DNA of 58,105 nt from a virus, in IMG/VR virus record IMGVR_UViG_3300025712_000001. The stretch is one strand, 5' to 3'. The translations under genes were made by a program, and so were the position numbers. Every line of letters starts with the position of its first letter. Position 1 is the first letter of the stretch. The notes beneath the pieces were generated by a model. The model was not told where the DNA came from. It made no database searches and worked only from the letters and a program-made list of their open reading frames with translations. Of this stretch, positions 14,773-26,000 are shown one piece after another.

Positions 14773-16410
14773 ATGGAAATGAGTAACTATATACAAACAG
14801 AATGCCCAGAATGTGATTCATCAGATGCATTCACTATTTACGATGATGGTGCACACTGTTTTTCATGTAACTATTCTACAAAGAAAGTGATAAATAATAT
14901 GGATAAAATTAAAGAAATTACTACAGAATTTACAGCTGCTCAAGATAATATACAACAGATAGGAGAGCTAAACAGCTTTGCTATTACAAGTCGTGGTATT
15001 TCTAAGCAAGTTGTAGACTATTTCGGTATAAAAATGGCAGTAAATCCTGATGGTTCAGGTGGTTCTCATTATTATCCGTACACTAGAGATAATAAAGTGG
15101 TAGCTTACAAAGAACGTAGGCTTCCAAAAGACTTTCTTACACACGGAGACTATAAACAATTACAGTTATTCGGTCAAAGTGTAGCAACAAGTGGTAAAAT
15201 AGTTGTTGTAACTGAAGGAGAACTCGATGCTTGTGCAGTTGCTCAGGCATTTATGGATAAATATAACAAAGTATTTCCAGTTGTTTCAATACCGAGCGCT
15301 ACAGGTACCAAGAGTTTACTAGATCATCGCTCTTGGCTGAGACGATTTGAATCAGTGGTGCTACTATTTGACTCAGATGATGCAGGAAATGCAGCAGTTG
15401 AACGTGCAGCTAAGATAATAGGTGCAGGTAAAGTTAAGGTAGGAGACTTACAAGGCTGTAAAGATCCGTGCGAACTACTTACTAAGCATGGGTCATACAG
15501 TATACTACAGGCTATATGGAATGCACAGACATGGTCTCCATCAGGTATAGTAGTAGGTGAACCTATCTGGCGAGAGTTTAAGAACAGACAGACTACCATA
15601 TCAGTACCGTATCCTACATGTTTGCAAGGATTGAATGATAAACTACAAGGAATAAGACACGGTGAAATTACTTTATTTACTTCAGGTACTGGCAGCGGTA
15701 AGTCTACTGTAATTAAAGAGATAGCTCTTGATTTACTTGATAAGACTGATAGTAAAGTAGGACTTATATCTCTCGAAGAAAGTATCGGTGATACTGCAGA
15801 GAAGTTTATAGCTATGTCTCTTCAGAGATCTCCGATGGATATCAAAGGTATTAAAGATGAAGAACTACGCAAAGGATTTGATACTATATTTAAAGATGAA
15901 AGGCTTGTTCTTCTTGACCATCAAGGATCTTGCTCTGATACTTCACTGTTAGATAAGATCGAGTACATGGCTCTCATGGGCTGTAAGTATTTAGTACTAG
16001 ATCACATCACCATTGCTGTATCTGAAGGTTCTGAAGGACGTAGTGGTAACGAAGCAATAGATAAATTGATGAGTGATTTACTTAAGATTGTAAAGAAACA
16101 TGACATATGGCTAGGTCTTATATCACACTTAAGAAAAGCACAAGGTGATAAGAAATCATTCGAAGAAGGTAACATAGCTTCTATCGATGACATCAAAGGC
16201 AGTGGCTCTATCAAACAAATATCATTTGATATTATAGCATTTGCTAGAAACTTAATAGCAGACGACGATATTAAAAGAAATACAATAGAATTTACAGTGC
16301 TTAAGTCTAGGTTTACAGGTCACACAGGTAAGGCTGGTCATGCAACATATAATCCTAATACAGGTAGACTTAGTTTAGGCTATACTGAAGAGGGGTTCAC
16401 AGCTATATAA
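14773..16410 (+). CDS. Bifunctional primase-helicase (T7 gp4-like)
   Basis: Zinc finger CPECDSSDAFTIYDDGAHCFSCNY; TOPRIM VVVTEGELDA and LLFDSDDAGN; Walker A GTGSGKST; Walker B YLVLDHI. Confidence 0.95.
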   Translation: MEMSNYIQTECPECDSSDAFTIYDDGAHCFSCNYSTKKVINNMDKIKEITTEFTAAQDNIQQIGELNSFAITSRGISKQVVDYFGIKMAVNPDGSGGSHYYPYTRDNKVVAYKERRLPKDFLTHGDYKQLQLFGQSVATSGKIVVVTEGELDACAVAQAFMDKYNKVFPVVSIPSATGTKSLLDHRSWLRRFESVVLLFDSDDAGNAAVERAAKIIGAGKVKVGDLQGCKDPCELLTKHGSYSILQAIWNAQTWSPSGIVVGEPIWREFKNRQTTISVPYPTCLQGLNDKLQGIRHGEITLFTSGTGSGKSTVIKEIALDLLDKTDSKVGLISLEESIGDTAEKFIAMSLQRSPMDIKGIKDEELRKGFDTIFKDERLVLLDHQGSCSDTSLLDKIEYMALMGCKYLVLDHITIAVSEGSEGRSGNEAIDKLMSDLLKIVKKHDIWLGLISHLRKAQGDKKSFEEGNIASIDDIKGSGSIKQISFDIIAFARNLIADDDIKRNTIEFTVLKSRFTGHTGKAGHATYNPNTGRLSLGYTEEGFTAI

Positions 16411-16859
16411 TGCCAGATAAAAATAAACTAGACCAGTTATTCATGGACATTACTAATAAGATATCTAATATGTCTCATGATAACGGTACAAAAGTAGGTG
16501 CTATCATTGTTAAAGATGGTAACATATTAAGTATGGGTTACAATGGCATGCCTTCGGGCATGTCTAATAACTGTAAAGATAAACACGGTGTAACTAATAA
16601 AGAAGTTATACACGCAGAGGCTAACGCCATCTGTAAGCTAGCACAAAGTACAAGCTCGTCTAAAGGTGCCACACTATACTGCACGTACTCACCTTGTATT
16701 GAATGTGCTAAACTAATACTGCAAAGCGGTATTGAGAGAGTAATATATGCTAACGATTATCGCGATGTAAACGGTAGAATATTACTAGACGATCAAATTA
16801 AAATAGGTAAGGTACAATATGCAGGATCAACTTCATTATATACAGGAGAAGATACGTAA
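16410..16859 (+). CDS. dCMP deaminase
   Basis: HAEANAI and PCIECAKLI zinc-binding motifs of the cytidine/deoxycytidylate deaminase family. Confidence 0.9.
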   Translation: MPDKNKLDQLFMDITNKISNMSHDNGTKVGAIIVKDGNILSMGYNGMPSGMSNNCKDKHGVTNKEVIHAEANAICKLAQSTSSSKGATLYCTYSPCIECAKLILQSGIERVIYANDYRDVNGRILLDDQIKIGKVQYAGSTSLYTGEDT

Positions 16860-19011
16860 AGCTAAAGCTCATATAGCTTGTAGTCTACTAAAGATGTCTA
16901 CTAGTGCAGACTTACAAGCCTACCTTGTGTTTAGTATGGATACTATTCAACAACACTTCTCACGTAACAGTATACGCGGTAACAAATCATATCAAGGTGA
17001 AGCTAATCTAACTCACTTAAGTACTACTATAGGTACATATATTCTTGATGATATAAATTATTATCATGATGACCTACCACCTTGGGAATGGTTTAAACTA
17101 CGTGTAATGATGGGTGATTTAATGTTAGAAGGATTCTATCAAACACACCAGATAAATATAGGTAAGAATAAGAATGAAGAGTTCGTACCAATGGAAAGTC
17201 TGGATCGTAGTCTTAAAAGAAGTCGTACACATTACATAGTAGTTCCAGAGTTATGGAATCTAGATGTACCTGAAGGTAGTAAAGATCTACTGATAGGTAC
17301 TGATTTCACTAGACCTCTAGACATAGATGATATCATGCAGCCTACTGGCAGACCTGTTATAAAAGGTTGGACAGAACAAAGAACTGCTGAGTTTAAATAC
17401 TATATGCGTAGAGATTTCATTCAGAGTATGAATGTATTACAACAAACTCCTTGGAAAATTAATACCCAAGTTCGTGATATACTACATCGTAATCGCGATA
17501 AAATATTAAATCAACATAAGAAATTTCCAAAGAAATATAAGTCAAAGATTATAGAATTTGATTTAACTATGGCTCGTTCAGATTTAATAGATGATAGAAC
17601 TTTCTATCAATATACTGAAGCAGACTATCGTGGACGTATATACTACACTACACCATTCTTAAACTTTCAAAGTAATGATATAGCTAGAGGTCAGATGCTA
17701 TTCTCTAATGGAAAGCTTATGACAGCAGCAGGTATAAGAAGATTATACATACATATAGCTTGCTGCTACAACGAAACATATCATAAGGATAGTTTACCAG
17801 AGTGGCTAACGACAGACTATAAGCCATACCTTGAGGACGAGGGACTAGAAGATATATCAGTAGATAAGATGACGCTAGACGATCGCGAGGCGTGGACAGA
17901 GAATAACTTAAGACGTATACTAGACATAGCTTACAACCAGACAATAGACTTAACTGCCGAGAAACCTATAACATTTCTTGCTTGTGCATTAGAAATATAC
18001 GATGCAACATCAACTGATGAACCTTGGTACACACATCTACCTATACCTATTGATGGTAGTAATAACGGATGGCAACATCTATGCGCTATGTCTAAAGATA
18101 AAGAAGCTGCTGAACTTGTGGGTATTGTACCTCAGAAAATACAAAAAGATTTCTATGTACAATGCGCTAAGAATTTAATCAGTAGAGTACCTGAATGGTT
18201 TGAAGAAAGGCAGATGCCTATGAAACATATCCGTAAAGGTATTGCTAAACGTGGATCTATGACTCGTGCTTATAGCGCAGGTGCTAAGAAGATTGCAGAG
18301 AATATGTATCTTGATTGTCACGTAGAAGGATACTTAGAACGATACAACATTACTAAAGATGATTGTCAACTGCTAGCTAAGCATTTAGTAAAAGCAATTG
18401 ATGATGTATGTGCTGGTCCGCTACAGACTATGAAGTTTCTACAGAAGATAGCTGAAGCAGAGATTGCTTCTGACTTTGCTAAAGAAACTAAACAAAAATC
18501 TATAAGATGGAAAACACCTAGTGGATTCCCAGTTATATATGAAGCATTCATAGATAATGAATTCAAAGAGAAGGCTATCATAAGCTGCAGTCAAAGAGAA
18601 ATTAAACCTGTTATTAGAAAAGAGGACGGAACAGAAGAAGTAACAGATACTATACGCATACAACATGTTGGCAAAGAGAATACAGACAAACCTAAAATCA
18701 AATCATTTATGTCTGGTATATCTCCTAACTTTGTGCACTCAATGGATGCTGCGCATATGGCTAACGTAATACAACAATGGGATGGAGACTTCGGTGCTAT
18801 CCATGATTCATTCAGCGTACACGCATGTGATGTTGATGAGTTACTGCAGATAATCAAAGATGAGTTCATACATATGTACGATCATAGAAATTACTTTACT
18901 ATTATTGAACGTATGATTATTACAAACTCAGATAATTTTAACTATACACAACCAAGGACAGGATCTTTGGAGATAAGAGAGGTGCAAGACAGTGAATACT
19001 TCTTCGCGTAA
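16819..19011 (+). CDS. Single-subunit DNA-dependent RNA polymerase, T7-like, compact (730 aa)
   Basis: DYRGRIYY (DxxGR); PIPIDGSNNGWQH (motif A); ISPNFVHSMDAAH; IHDSFSVH (motif C). The C-terminus EYFFA parallels T7 DFAFA. Confidence 0.95.
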   Translation: MQDQLHYIQEKIRKAKAHIACSLLKMSTSADLQAYLVFSMDTIQQHFSRNSIRGNKSYQGEANLTHLSTTIGTYILDDINYYHDDLPPWEWFKLRVMMGDLMLEGFYQTHQINIGKNKNEEFVPMESLDRSLKRSRTHYIVVPELWNLDVPEGSKDLLIGTDFTRPLDIDDIMQPTGRPVIKGWTEQRTAEFKYYMRRDFIQSMNVLQQTPWKINTQVRDILHRNRDKILNQHKKFPKKYKSKIIEFDLTMARSDLIDDRTFYQYTEADYRGRIYYTTPFLNFQSNDIARGQMLFSNGKLMTAAGIRRLYIHIACCYNETYHKDSLPEWLTTDYKPYLEDEGLEDISVDKMTLDDREAWTENNLRRILDIAYNQTIDLTAEKPITFLACALEIYDATSTDEPWYTHLPIPIDGSNNGWQHLCAMSKDKEAAELVGIVPQKIQKDFYVQCAKNLISRVPEWFEERQMPMKHIRKGIAKRGSMTRAYSAGAKKIAENMYLDCHVEGYLERYNITKDDCQLLAKHLVKAIDDVCAGPLQTMKFLQKIAEAEIASDFAKETKQKSIRWKTPSGFPVIYEAFIDNEFKEKAIISCSQREIKPVIRKEDGTEEVTDTIRIQHVGKENTDKPKIKSFMSGISPNFVHSMDAAHMANVIQQWDGDFGAIHDSFSVHACDVDELLQIIKDEFIHMYDHRNYFTIIERMIITNSDNFNYTQPRTGSLEIREVQDSEYFFA

Positions 19012-19243
19012 AGGAATACTACCAGTAAGACTAGGTATAGAGCCAGATAATAAAACAGCGTTAAGTGAATTAAAAATGGATCCGACTTTGGCAGACACAA
19101 TGACTGATAGAGAATTAGATTTATTAATAATTGATAACGAATACAATAGAATAATAGATTACTATAACAGTGAGGGTAAGGACGGTAAGCAACCTGCTGG
19201 TATATGGAAAGCTCACGCCATGAAACAAATGAAAGAAAATTAA
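18992..19243 (+). CDS. Hypothetical protein, 83 aa
   Basis: ORF track; the start is uncertain and overlaps the RNAP 3' end by 20 nt. Confidence 0.45.
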   Translation: MNTSSRKGILPVRLGIEPDNKTALSELKMDPTLADTMTDRELDLLIIDNEYNRIIDYYNSEGKDGKQPAGIWKAHAMKQMKEN

Positions 19244-19253
19244 AGGATTATAA

Positions 19254-19364
19254 ATGGAACTGTATATGCCTAGCTGGTGGGAATTGTGGTTGTTAATAGC
19301 TATCACACTTAATACTATAATTAATACAATAGTTTTCTTTCAAGGTAGAAAATTTAAGAAATAA
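19254..19364 (+). CDS. Small membrane peptide, 36 aa (not in ORF track)
   Basis: AAAGGA SD. The product is MELYMPSWWELWLLIAITLNTIINTIVFFQGRKFKK. I counted 37 codons. It is the last ORF of the rightward arm. Confidence 0.4.
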   Translation: MELYMPSWWELWLLIAITLNTIINTIVFFQGRKFKK

Positions 19365-19412
19365 AAAAGCCCCTAAGAATACCGTAATGGTACTCTTAGG
19401 GGCAATTTTTTT
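19362..19412. terminator. Bidirectional rho-independent terminator at the convergence of the two arms
   Basis: AAAAAA-GCCCCTAAGAATACC-GTAAT-GGTACTCTTAGGGGC-AATTTTTTT. The stem is 19369..19403. It is homologous to 6611..6643, with compensatory base changes. Confidence 0.8.
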
Positions 19413-22400
19413 ATCCAATATTTTGAGACGTAAACTTTTGTCTATCTACTTCTTTAAATATCTTAGCTTTATTAGCATTAGTAACTCTTGATAGTTGAGC
19501 ATTTCTAGAACTTAAATTAATATGATCGTTAATTATCTTAGTTATTTCATATATCTCTCTGTTAGTTAAAGATTTTGAATACAGCGGACTAGGTATACCA
19601 GCCTTCTTTATAGCATTTAATATAGACTTTCTTTTTTCGTAAGCCATTAATCCTGTACGATCTTTATAAGCTTCAGTAGTTTCAGGTTGTCTAAGTTTTA
19701 CTAGCTTTGCGTCTGATCCTATACCTTGTATCGCTTTACCCATAGGAGGCACGCTTTGAGATCTTGATATAGCATCAGTAAGATATATGTCTTTGCCAAG
19801 AGTTCCATCCTTTTTAACTACTGTAGTAAATAAGTAAGCAAGACCTTTATGCTCACCCTCTCCTCTTCTAGCAGCTTCCCAATTAACTTTTACATTAGCA
19901 TTAGCTCCTGTCATCTTAGCTTTATAATCTTTTAAAGCTTTAGAATACCATTCATCAGTAACTGAAGTAAGATAACTATGATCTCTTATACTATCAGCCC
20001 AATTTTTATTAGACTCTCTACGTACAGCTTCATAAGAACCAAGATCAGTAACAAAAGCATCAAATATAGGAAGCATAAATGCTCCTTTAGCTCTGTTCTG
20101 TTTAGCTTCTTCAGATATTCTTTTCCAAGAAGCTCCTGTACCTGTGCGAGCAACCATATTTCCATCGTAAGCTTGAACACCAATAGCTTGTATTCTACCT
20201 CCGAAACCGCCAGGACCTAGATCTTCGCGTATAGCAGAGCCAGATACTTTAGAACCGTAGAACTGAGTCGTTATGTTTTGTACTTGACCTGTATCTTCTT
20301 CAGGACTGATCTTATAATTATATGATTTATCAATAAAGCTTTCTTTACCTGCTGCATAAGATTTAAAACCCATAGCATTAGTAAATACTAGTGGTATGTC
20401 TGTCATCTGAGCATACAGTGCATTAGCTTTCATAACTTTACCAGCAGCTATAACGTGATTACTTAAGATATTAAATATAGAATCAACAAGCATTGTATGT
20501 AAGAATAACAAAGCCGCAGGTTGAGAAATTCCATGCTGATTAATTAACATCTGTATTTGTTCAGAAGATTTACCTGTATCTATAACTTCTTTTACATGTT
20601 GCTTAAGTGATTCAATCTCTTGCCCATATCCCATAGTCATAGGAGATTTTTTAAGGAAGATATTCCTATCACCAATAGCTAATTCAAGTAGTTGTTTATA
20701 TACTCCTTGCTGATGTTCTGGATATAGTGTACCTTGAAATTCACTAAACTTAGATAACATATCTGTACCCATAGCATCGCGTAAATCTGGTAAGTCTGTA
20801 GCATAGTAGTCTTGATCTCTTAGTAAACCAGCACGCTGTGCCATTTCATAAACACCAATCAATGCAGCATTAGTAGCAGGACCGTGCGTACGGCCATCAA
20901 TTTCTACAGTTATAGATGTAGAAAACTGTGAATTATTAGCTGCAGCTTTTTCATATTTAGCTAGATCCATATAATAATCAGCATACATAGGAGCTTCTTT
21001 ATCATGACTTGCTAGATCCTTCTTAAGATCAGAGAATTCAGATAGAGGATCTATAGAATACAAGTTACTATTACTAATATCTTGTTTAATAGCATTGATC
21101 TCTTGTAAAGACTTAGCATTACTTAATCTTTGTATATTCTCTTTAGCCTTAGTAACATTGAAATTACTCTCAGCATTAATTAAAGCTTGACCAAAAGTAA
21201 CTGCCTTCCAATAAGAAGAAGATTTATTTCTTCTTTGCTCTTCAAATATTCTCAGGCGTTGTGTTGTAGACAGTTTATCTATAGTCTTAGCATCAGGATC
21301 CGCTGCTACTAGAGGATCTGTCAATATCCTTGCAGCTATTATCTCCTTCCAATTAGTTTCTAATTTACTACTAGATCTAGGTTTAAATGTGAACACGTTA
21401 CCACTACCAACAACACTACGTATTATCTTATGTGATTGTGGATTATATAACGTTTGTTGAACATGAGTACGACCTGTTAAAGCTTGCACAGCATAAGTAA
21501 TGTAGTTAACTTTATCACCGTACCTAGATATAGCTCCTATTAAATTAAACATTTGCTCTCGTTCTTGTTGAACTATTTGCATAGGATCATATTTAGATAT
21601 GACATCATCTAATGCTAAGATTCTATCAGCGTTAGCTTCAGGATCAGCCATGAGATCAGCTAGTTCAACTTCATAAGCTCTCTTCTGTTGCTCTGCTTTT
21701 CTTATTCTTTTCTCACCTACTTCAAACATATCTGCATAGTAATTACTTCCGTTATCAGTATTACCATTAAAGTTTTGTAAGGCTTGCATAGCAAACATTA
21801 AAGATAATGCTTCTCTATTAGGATCACTGATAAGACCTATGCTGTTATAGTTTCTAACTGATTGCTCTATCAAAGACATATCGCCTAAATCTTTATCCAT
21901 AACAGTAGTTCTTTTACGAGTATATCTTTGTCCTTCGTAAGCAAGCTGACCAGTTGGTTGATTCTGAGGAGGTACTTCTTTATTTGCAAACAAAGCTTTG
22001 AAGCTGTTGTTAAGAGTATTAAGATTACTTATACCTTCAGGAGTAAGAATAAAATCTACTTGTCCTTTATCAATACCTGTAGCTGACGCATCTCTATAAA
22101 GCATATTAGGATTAGCTGCGCTATACATTTCTTTACTTAAATCACCGAGTAAAGTAAAAGTTTCTTGAGAAATATTACCTGCATCTTGTACGTAAGTATC
22201 TGTAGGTACTCCATCCATTAAAGCTTTCTGTCTTCTCCAGGTTTCATAAACTTCTTTACCTAAGATAGCACTACCTTTAGACTTAGATATTTTCTTAGGT
22301 CTATATGCTTCAGGCTCAATGTTTTGAATTTCAATATCATTAGGTATAACTTCAAGACTATCGTCAACATCTGAACTAGAATCAGAAGATATTAAAGTAT

Positions 22401-23061
22401 TATAAAGATAACTTTCTACAGATAAGGATAGAACTTTACCTAATTCTGGATCAACTCTAATTGCACCTGTAGCTTCGTCGTATTTACCAGCATCTAATAT
22501 ATCTGGATCAAATAACAAAGAAGTTAAATTAACTCCTGTGATCCCACCCTTTTTAGCAGGTACAAATTTATCCGGTGCAGCTTTACTTCGAGTAGCTTCA
22601 TCAAAGCCTTCACTAATAATTTCACCTTGTTTGTATTCAGTTATAGAAGCATTAAGTCTTTCATTAATAGCTTGACCTGTATCCTGTGCTCTTTGTAATG
22701 CAGCATTCATAGGAGAAGTCTCTGCATAAGAAGAAGGTAGAAGCTCAGCCATGTTTAACTTTTCAGATAAAGCTGAAACTCTTTCACGTTTATATTGCTC
22801 TAACTCCTGGTCATTCATATCAATAGGATCAACTGGATCAGGAGTTGTAAGTGTATCTCCAACAATATCTGTTCTACCTTCATCTAACACAGTATCGATT
22901 TCGCTTGTTGGTTGTGTTTCAATTACAGGTTCAGTATCAATAACCTCTGTAGCTGTAGGCACAAAGTCATATAGTCTACTTCTCATTTCATCGACAGCGT
23001 TTACAACAGGTGTTACACCTGGTGCTACGCTACCTCCGCCTTTACCACCTTTTCCTGCCAT
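19411..23061 (-). CDS. Large virion-operon protein with single-subunit RNA polymerase motifs (candidate N4-like virion RNAP), 1216 aa
   Basis: EIDGRTHGP (D722; T7 motif A is DGSCSG). KKSPMTMGYG (K804..Y812 G813; T7 KRSVMTLAYG). VQAYDGNMV (D966; T7 VHSQDGSHL). PIFDAF (D1001; T7 IHDSF). Spacing A to C is 279 aa versus 275 in T7. It is the last gene of the ejection-protein operon. Confidence 0.55.
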   Translation of the reverse strand: MAGKGGKGGGSVAPGVTPVVNAVDEMRSRLYDFVPTATEVIDTEPVIETQPTSEIDTVLDEGRTDIVGDTLTTPDPVDPIDMNDQELEQYKRERVSALSEKLNMAELLPSSYAETSPMNAALQRAQDTGQAINERLNASITEYKQGEIISEGFDEATRSKAAPDKFVPAKKGGITGVNLTSLLFDPDILDAGKYDEATGAIRVDPELGKVLSLSVESYLYNTLISSDSSSDVDDSLEVIPNDIEIQNIEPEAYRPKKISKSKGSAILGKEVYETWRRQKALMDGVPTDTYVQDAGNISQETFTLLGDLSKEMYSAANPNMLYRDASATGIDKGQVDFILTPEGISNLNTLNNSFKALFANKEVPPQNQPTGQLAYEGQRYTRKRTTVMDKDLGDMSLIEQSVRNYNSIGLISDPNREALSLMFAMQALQNFNGNTDNGSNYYADMFEVGEKRIRKAEQQKRAYEVELADLMADPEANADRILALDDVISKYDPMQIVQQEREQMFNLIGAISRYGDKVNYITYAVQALTGRTHVQQTLYNPQSHKIIRSVVGSGNVFTFKPRSSSKLETNWKEIIAARILTDPLVAADPDAKTIDKLSTTQRLRIFEEQRRNKSSSYWKAVTFGQALINAESNFNVTKAKENIQRLSNAKSLQEINAIKQDISNSNLYSIDPLSEFSDLKKDLASHDKEAPMYADYYMDLAKYEKAAANNSQFSTSITVEIDGRTHGPATNAALIGVYEMAQRAGLLRDQDYYATDLPDLRDAMGTDMLSKFSEFQGTLYPEHQQGVYKQLLELAIGDRNIFLKKSPMTMGYGQEIESLKQHVKEVIDTGKSSEQIQMLINQHGISQPAALLFLHTMLVDSIFNILSNHVIAAGKVMKANALYAQMTDIPLVFTNAMGFKSYAAGKESFIDKSYNYKISPEEDTGQVQNITTQFYGSKVSGSAIREDLGPGGFGGRIQAIGVQAYDGNMVARTGTGASWKRISEEAKQNRAKGAFMLPIFDAFVTDLGSYEAVRRESNKNWADSIRDHSYLTSVTDEWYSKALKDYKAKMTGANANVKVNWEAARRGEGEHKGLAYLFTTVVKKDGTLGKDIYLTDAISRSQSVPPMGKAIQGIGSDAKLVKLRQPETTEAYKDRTGLMAYEKRKSILNAIKKAGIPSPLYSKSLTNREIYEITKIINDHINLSSRNAQLSRVTNANKAKIFKEVDRQKFTSQNIG

Positions 23062-26000
23062 TAGTTATACTCCTTCTTTTTAGGTTTAATCGGTTCGGAT
23101 TTACCGAATATACCTTCAGCAATATTCCTATTAAGTCTATTAAATGGTCCGACAAGTGGAGCAGTTTTTAGAAATGCATACAAACCTTTATCAGGTTGAC
23201 CTTGTATTATTTTTCCTGCGCCAGAATATACACGAGATACATTAGATAATCCTGCTGCTTCTCCAGATAAAGTATTGAAGAACCATTCTGCTGGATTATC
23301 TGATGACTTTTCATAGATAGGATACACAAAGTTAAGAACTCTTTCACCAGTACCTAATAATCCTGATGCACCTATACCTCTTTGTATTTTCTCTACAGGA
23401 TCTAAGTAAGGAGTCGGTTCTCCATATTTAAGTAAATCTTTTAGATACTGAGATAAGAATCCTAAGAATATCATAGTTGTCATAACAGCAAATGCATTAT
23501 ACTTAAGTGATGGGTTACCACGTTTAACGTACTCACCCCACATCTTAGGTATTTGATTAGCTGTAAATGTAGATATAAAACCTTGGAACTGAGTGAACAA
23601 AGCAAGATGCTGGTTCTGATAGAACAAAGGTCTGTTCGCTGTATTAGGAAGTGCAATAGCTATATTAACAAAATTAAACTCTGCGTCAAGCATCATAGTA
23701 TCAAACTCTGCAGTTTGCTGAGGTGACCATGGACCTTGTTGCATGTTAAGATTAACAAGTAAATTTACATTTATACCTAAGTTTCTAAGAAGTTCTTCTG
23801 ATTCTTGCACATCATTATTTTTAGGTACACCAGATTTTCTTTGATCTATTATAGTATCTAAATGATTCATAATATAATCATCTGCTATAGATGCACGTAT
23901 GCTACGCGTATAATCTGTCCATTGTTGCAGACCTATTACTCTAAAATACTTATCTAATAAACGTCTTGATCCATGAGTAGTTTCTGTAGCACCGGTTGTT
24001 TGTGCTGCGCCTACGTCCCAATCAAAGAAGCCGAGAGCTTTTATTCTAGCTTGTCTTTTTTCTTTGCTTAACTGTCTGTTAGTAGAGTTCCATCTTGGGT
24101 CAGTCATAGTAGACCACATAGCTTGCGCTGCTTCTTTAGATGCGTTACGTATCTCTTTAAATATTATATCTGGAGGTATGCTAACTGTTGTAATAGCTAA
24201 TTCAACAAATGAAGATATAGTTGCTAAAGGTAAACCAGCTACAGTAGTCCATACTCCTATATTTTTCTGTATCTTAGAAAGACTAGAAGTTTTAATACGT
24301 TTATAGTTACCTGATTCAGCGTTTAAATAGTCTTGCATTTGTCTTGCTATTCTATTTACTTCCTCTTCAGGTACACCTTCTTTTACAGCATTGTTTAAAT
24401 GGAAAGCAATTTTCTCATTACCGTCACCTAAAAATTCCTGGTATGTAATGAATCTTGAAGCTGACTTAGACGCGTTAGATATATTAATAAAGGCGTCAGT
24501 CTCCATAAACTCTAAGAATTCTTTTCTCTCTGATAAACCTAGCGTACGTCCTCTATGAGAGGCAGGTATAAATTTACCTTCACCTACATTAAAGTCTTGC
24601 TCACTGCTTAAAGTATCTTGATTGAGAATATTATCAGTTAGTGTTGTAGCATCAGACTTACTCATTTTAAATGTAGTCATAAGTCTTTGTATAAACTTTG
24701 CTCTGTTCTTTTCAATAGCAGCTTTATTAAATGATTTGTATTTCATTAGATAATTCTTAAGCTTGCCAACGTTAAAGGCTTTACCATTAGACTTAGCAGC
24801 TTTTTCTTGATCTGCGTATAGCTTTTCACCAAGCATAGTTACATCACTGTAGTACTGTCGTAACCAAGTCTCATGAACTTTTAAATCAGCAGGTAAAGTA
24901 TCCCATTTTATATCGCTACCTGTTTTATCTCCTAACCACATTCCAAAAGAAGTAACTATGGCAGATATACCCGCTTGATCTACTGTTTTGAATCCAGCTT
25001 TCTGTGCGTATTCTGCAGGACTAGAAACTAAATTGCGATACTGAGTTAACAAATGTTTCTTTCTATTTTCAAAGTTAACACCGGAAAACGTACGCTGTAA
25101 GTTTGCTCCGAACATATCAGCAAGTTTACGTAATGAACGAGACTTTTCTTGTAGAGTATCTGAGAATATAAAACGAGTAGATCCTCTCCATAAAGCGGGC
25201 ACAGATTCCCATGCTCGTTTAACTCTTTGCCAAGTATCCATCTCTTTATCAGATGCTGAGCTTTCATTACTACGTTCACTTAAAGATTTATTAGACGCAT
25301 CAATATCTTTTACATTATATTTAGCCTCTATTGCAGAAGCTTGCTCAAGTCTTGATACATAATCACTATCAGTTTCTGGTGCAATTGACATAGTACCATC
25401 TGCTAATATAACACCTCCACTTTTTCTTTGTGGAAGTCTTAAAAAGTCTATTTTCTTTTGATCTCTTTTAGATATAGGTTTAGCTTTAGTACTTTTAAAT
25501 ATATCAATACCTGTTTCTTCATTAAGATCTTGTATAGTAGGTATATAACCATTCTCATTAAGCTCTGCTTCTGCTTGAGCTCCAGCTCTTGATAGTTTAT
25601 TTGGATCCGCTTCAGCTTGTCTCACAGCTATATCAGTCCAAGCTCCTACGTCAATCGCTGTTCCTGGTATAGAAAATCCTGCACCAAGAGTACCACCAGC
25701 TATAGTAGCATTAAGTAATCTATTTTGTAATTCAACAGCATCAAATACTTTATCACTACCTACTACAGCAGCCATATAAGCCGTTGCTTCTTGCATAGCC
25801 TCAGTAACACCCTCTGTTGCTGCTCCTCTGCCTCCTCTCTGAGTAAGAGAGCGTAGTATATTACGAGCTTTAAGTTGTTCTTTAGCTACAGTTGCAGCAG
25901 CTCCTGTTAGTAACGCCGCTTCTTTTCTAGTAGCTTGAGCTACAGCACGACGAGCTTGGTCTATAGTTAATGTATTTCCAGGTTTAGCTAGTAAACCTTT

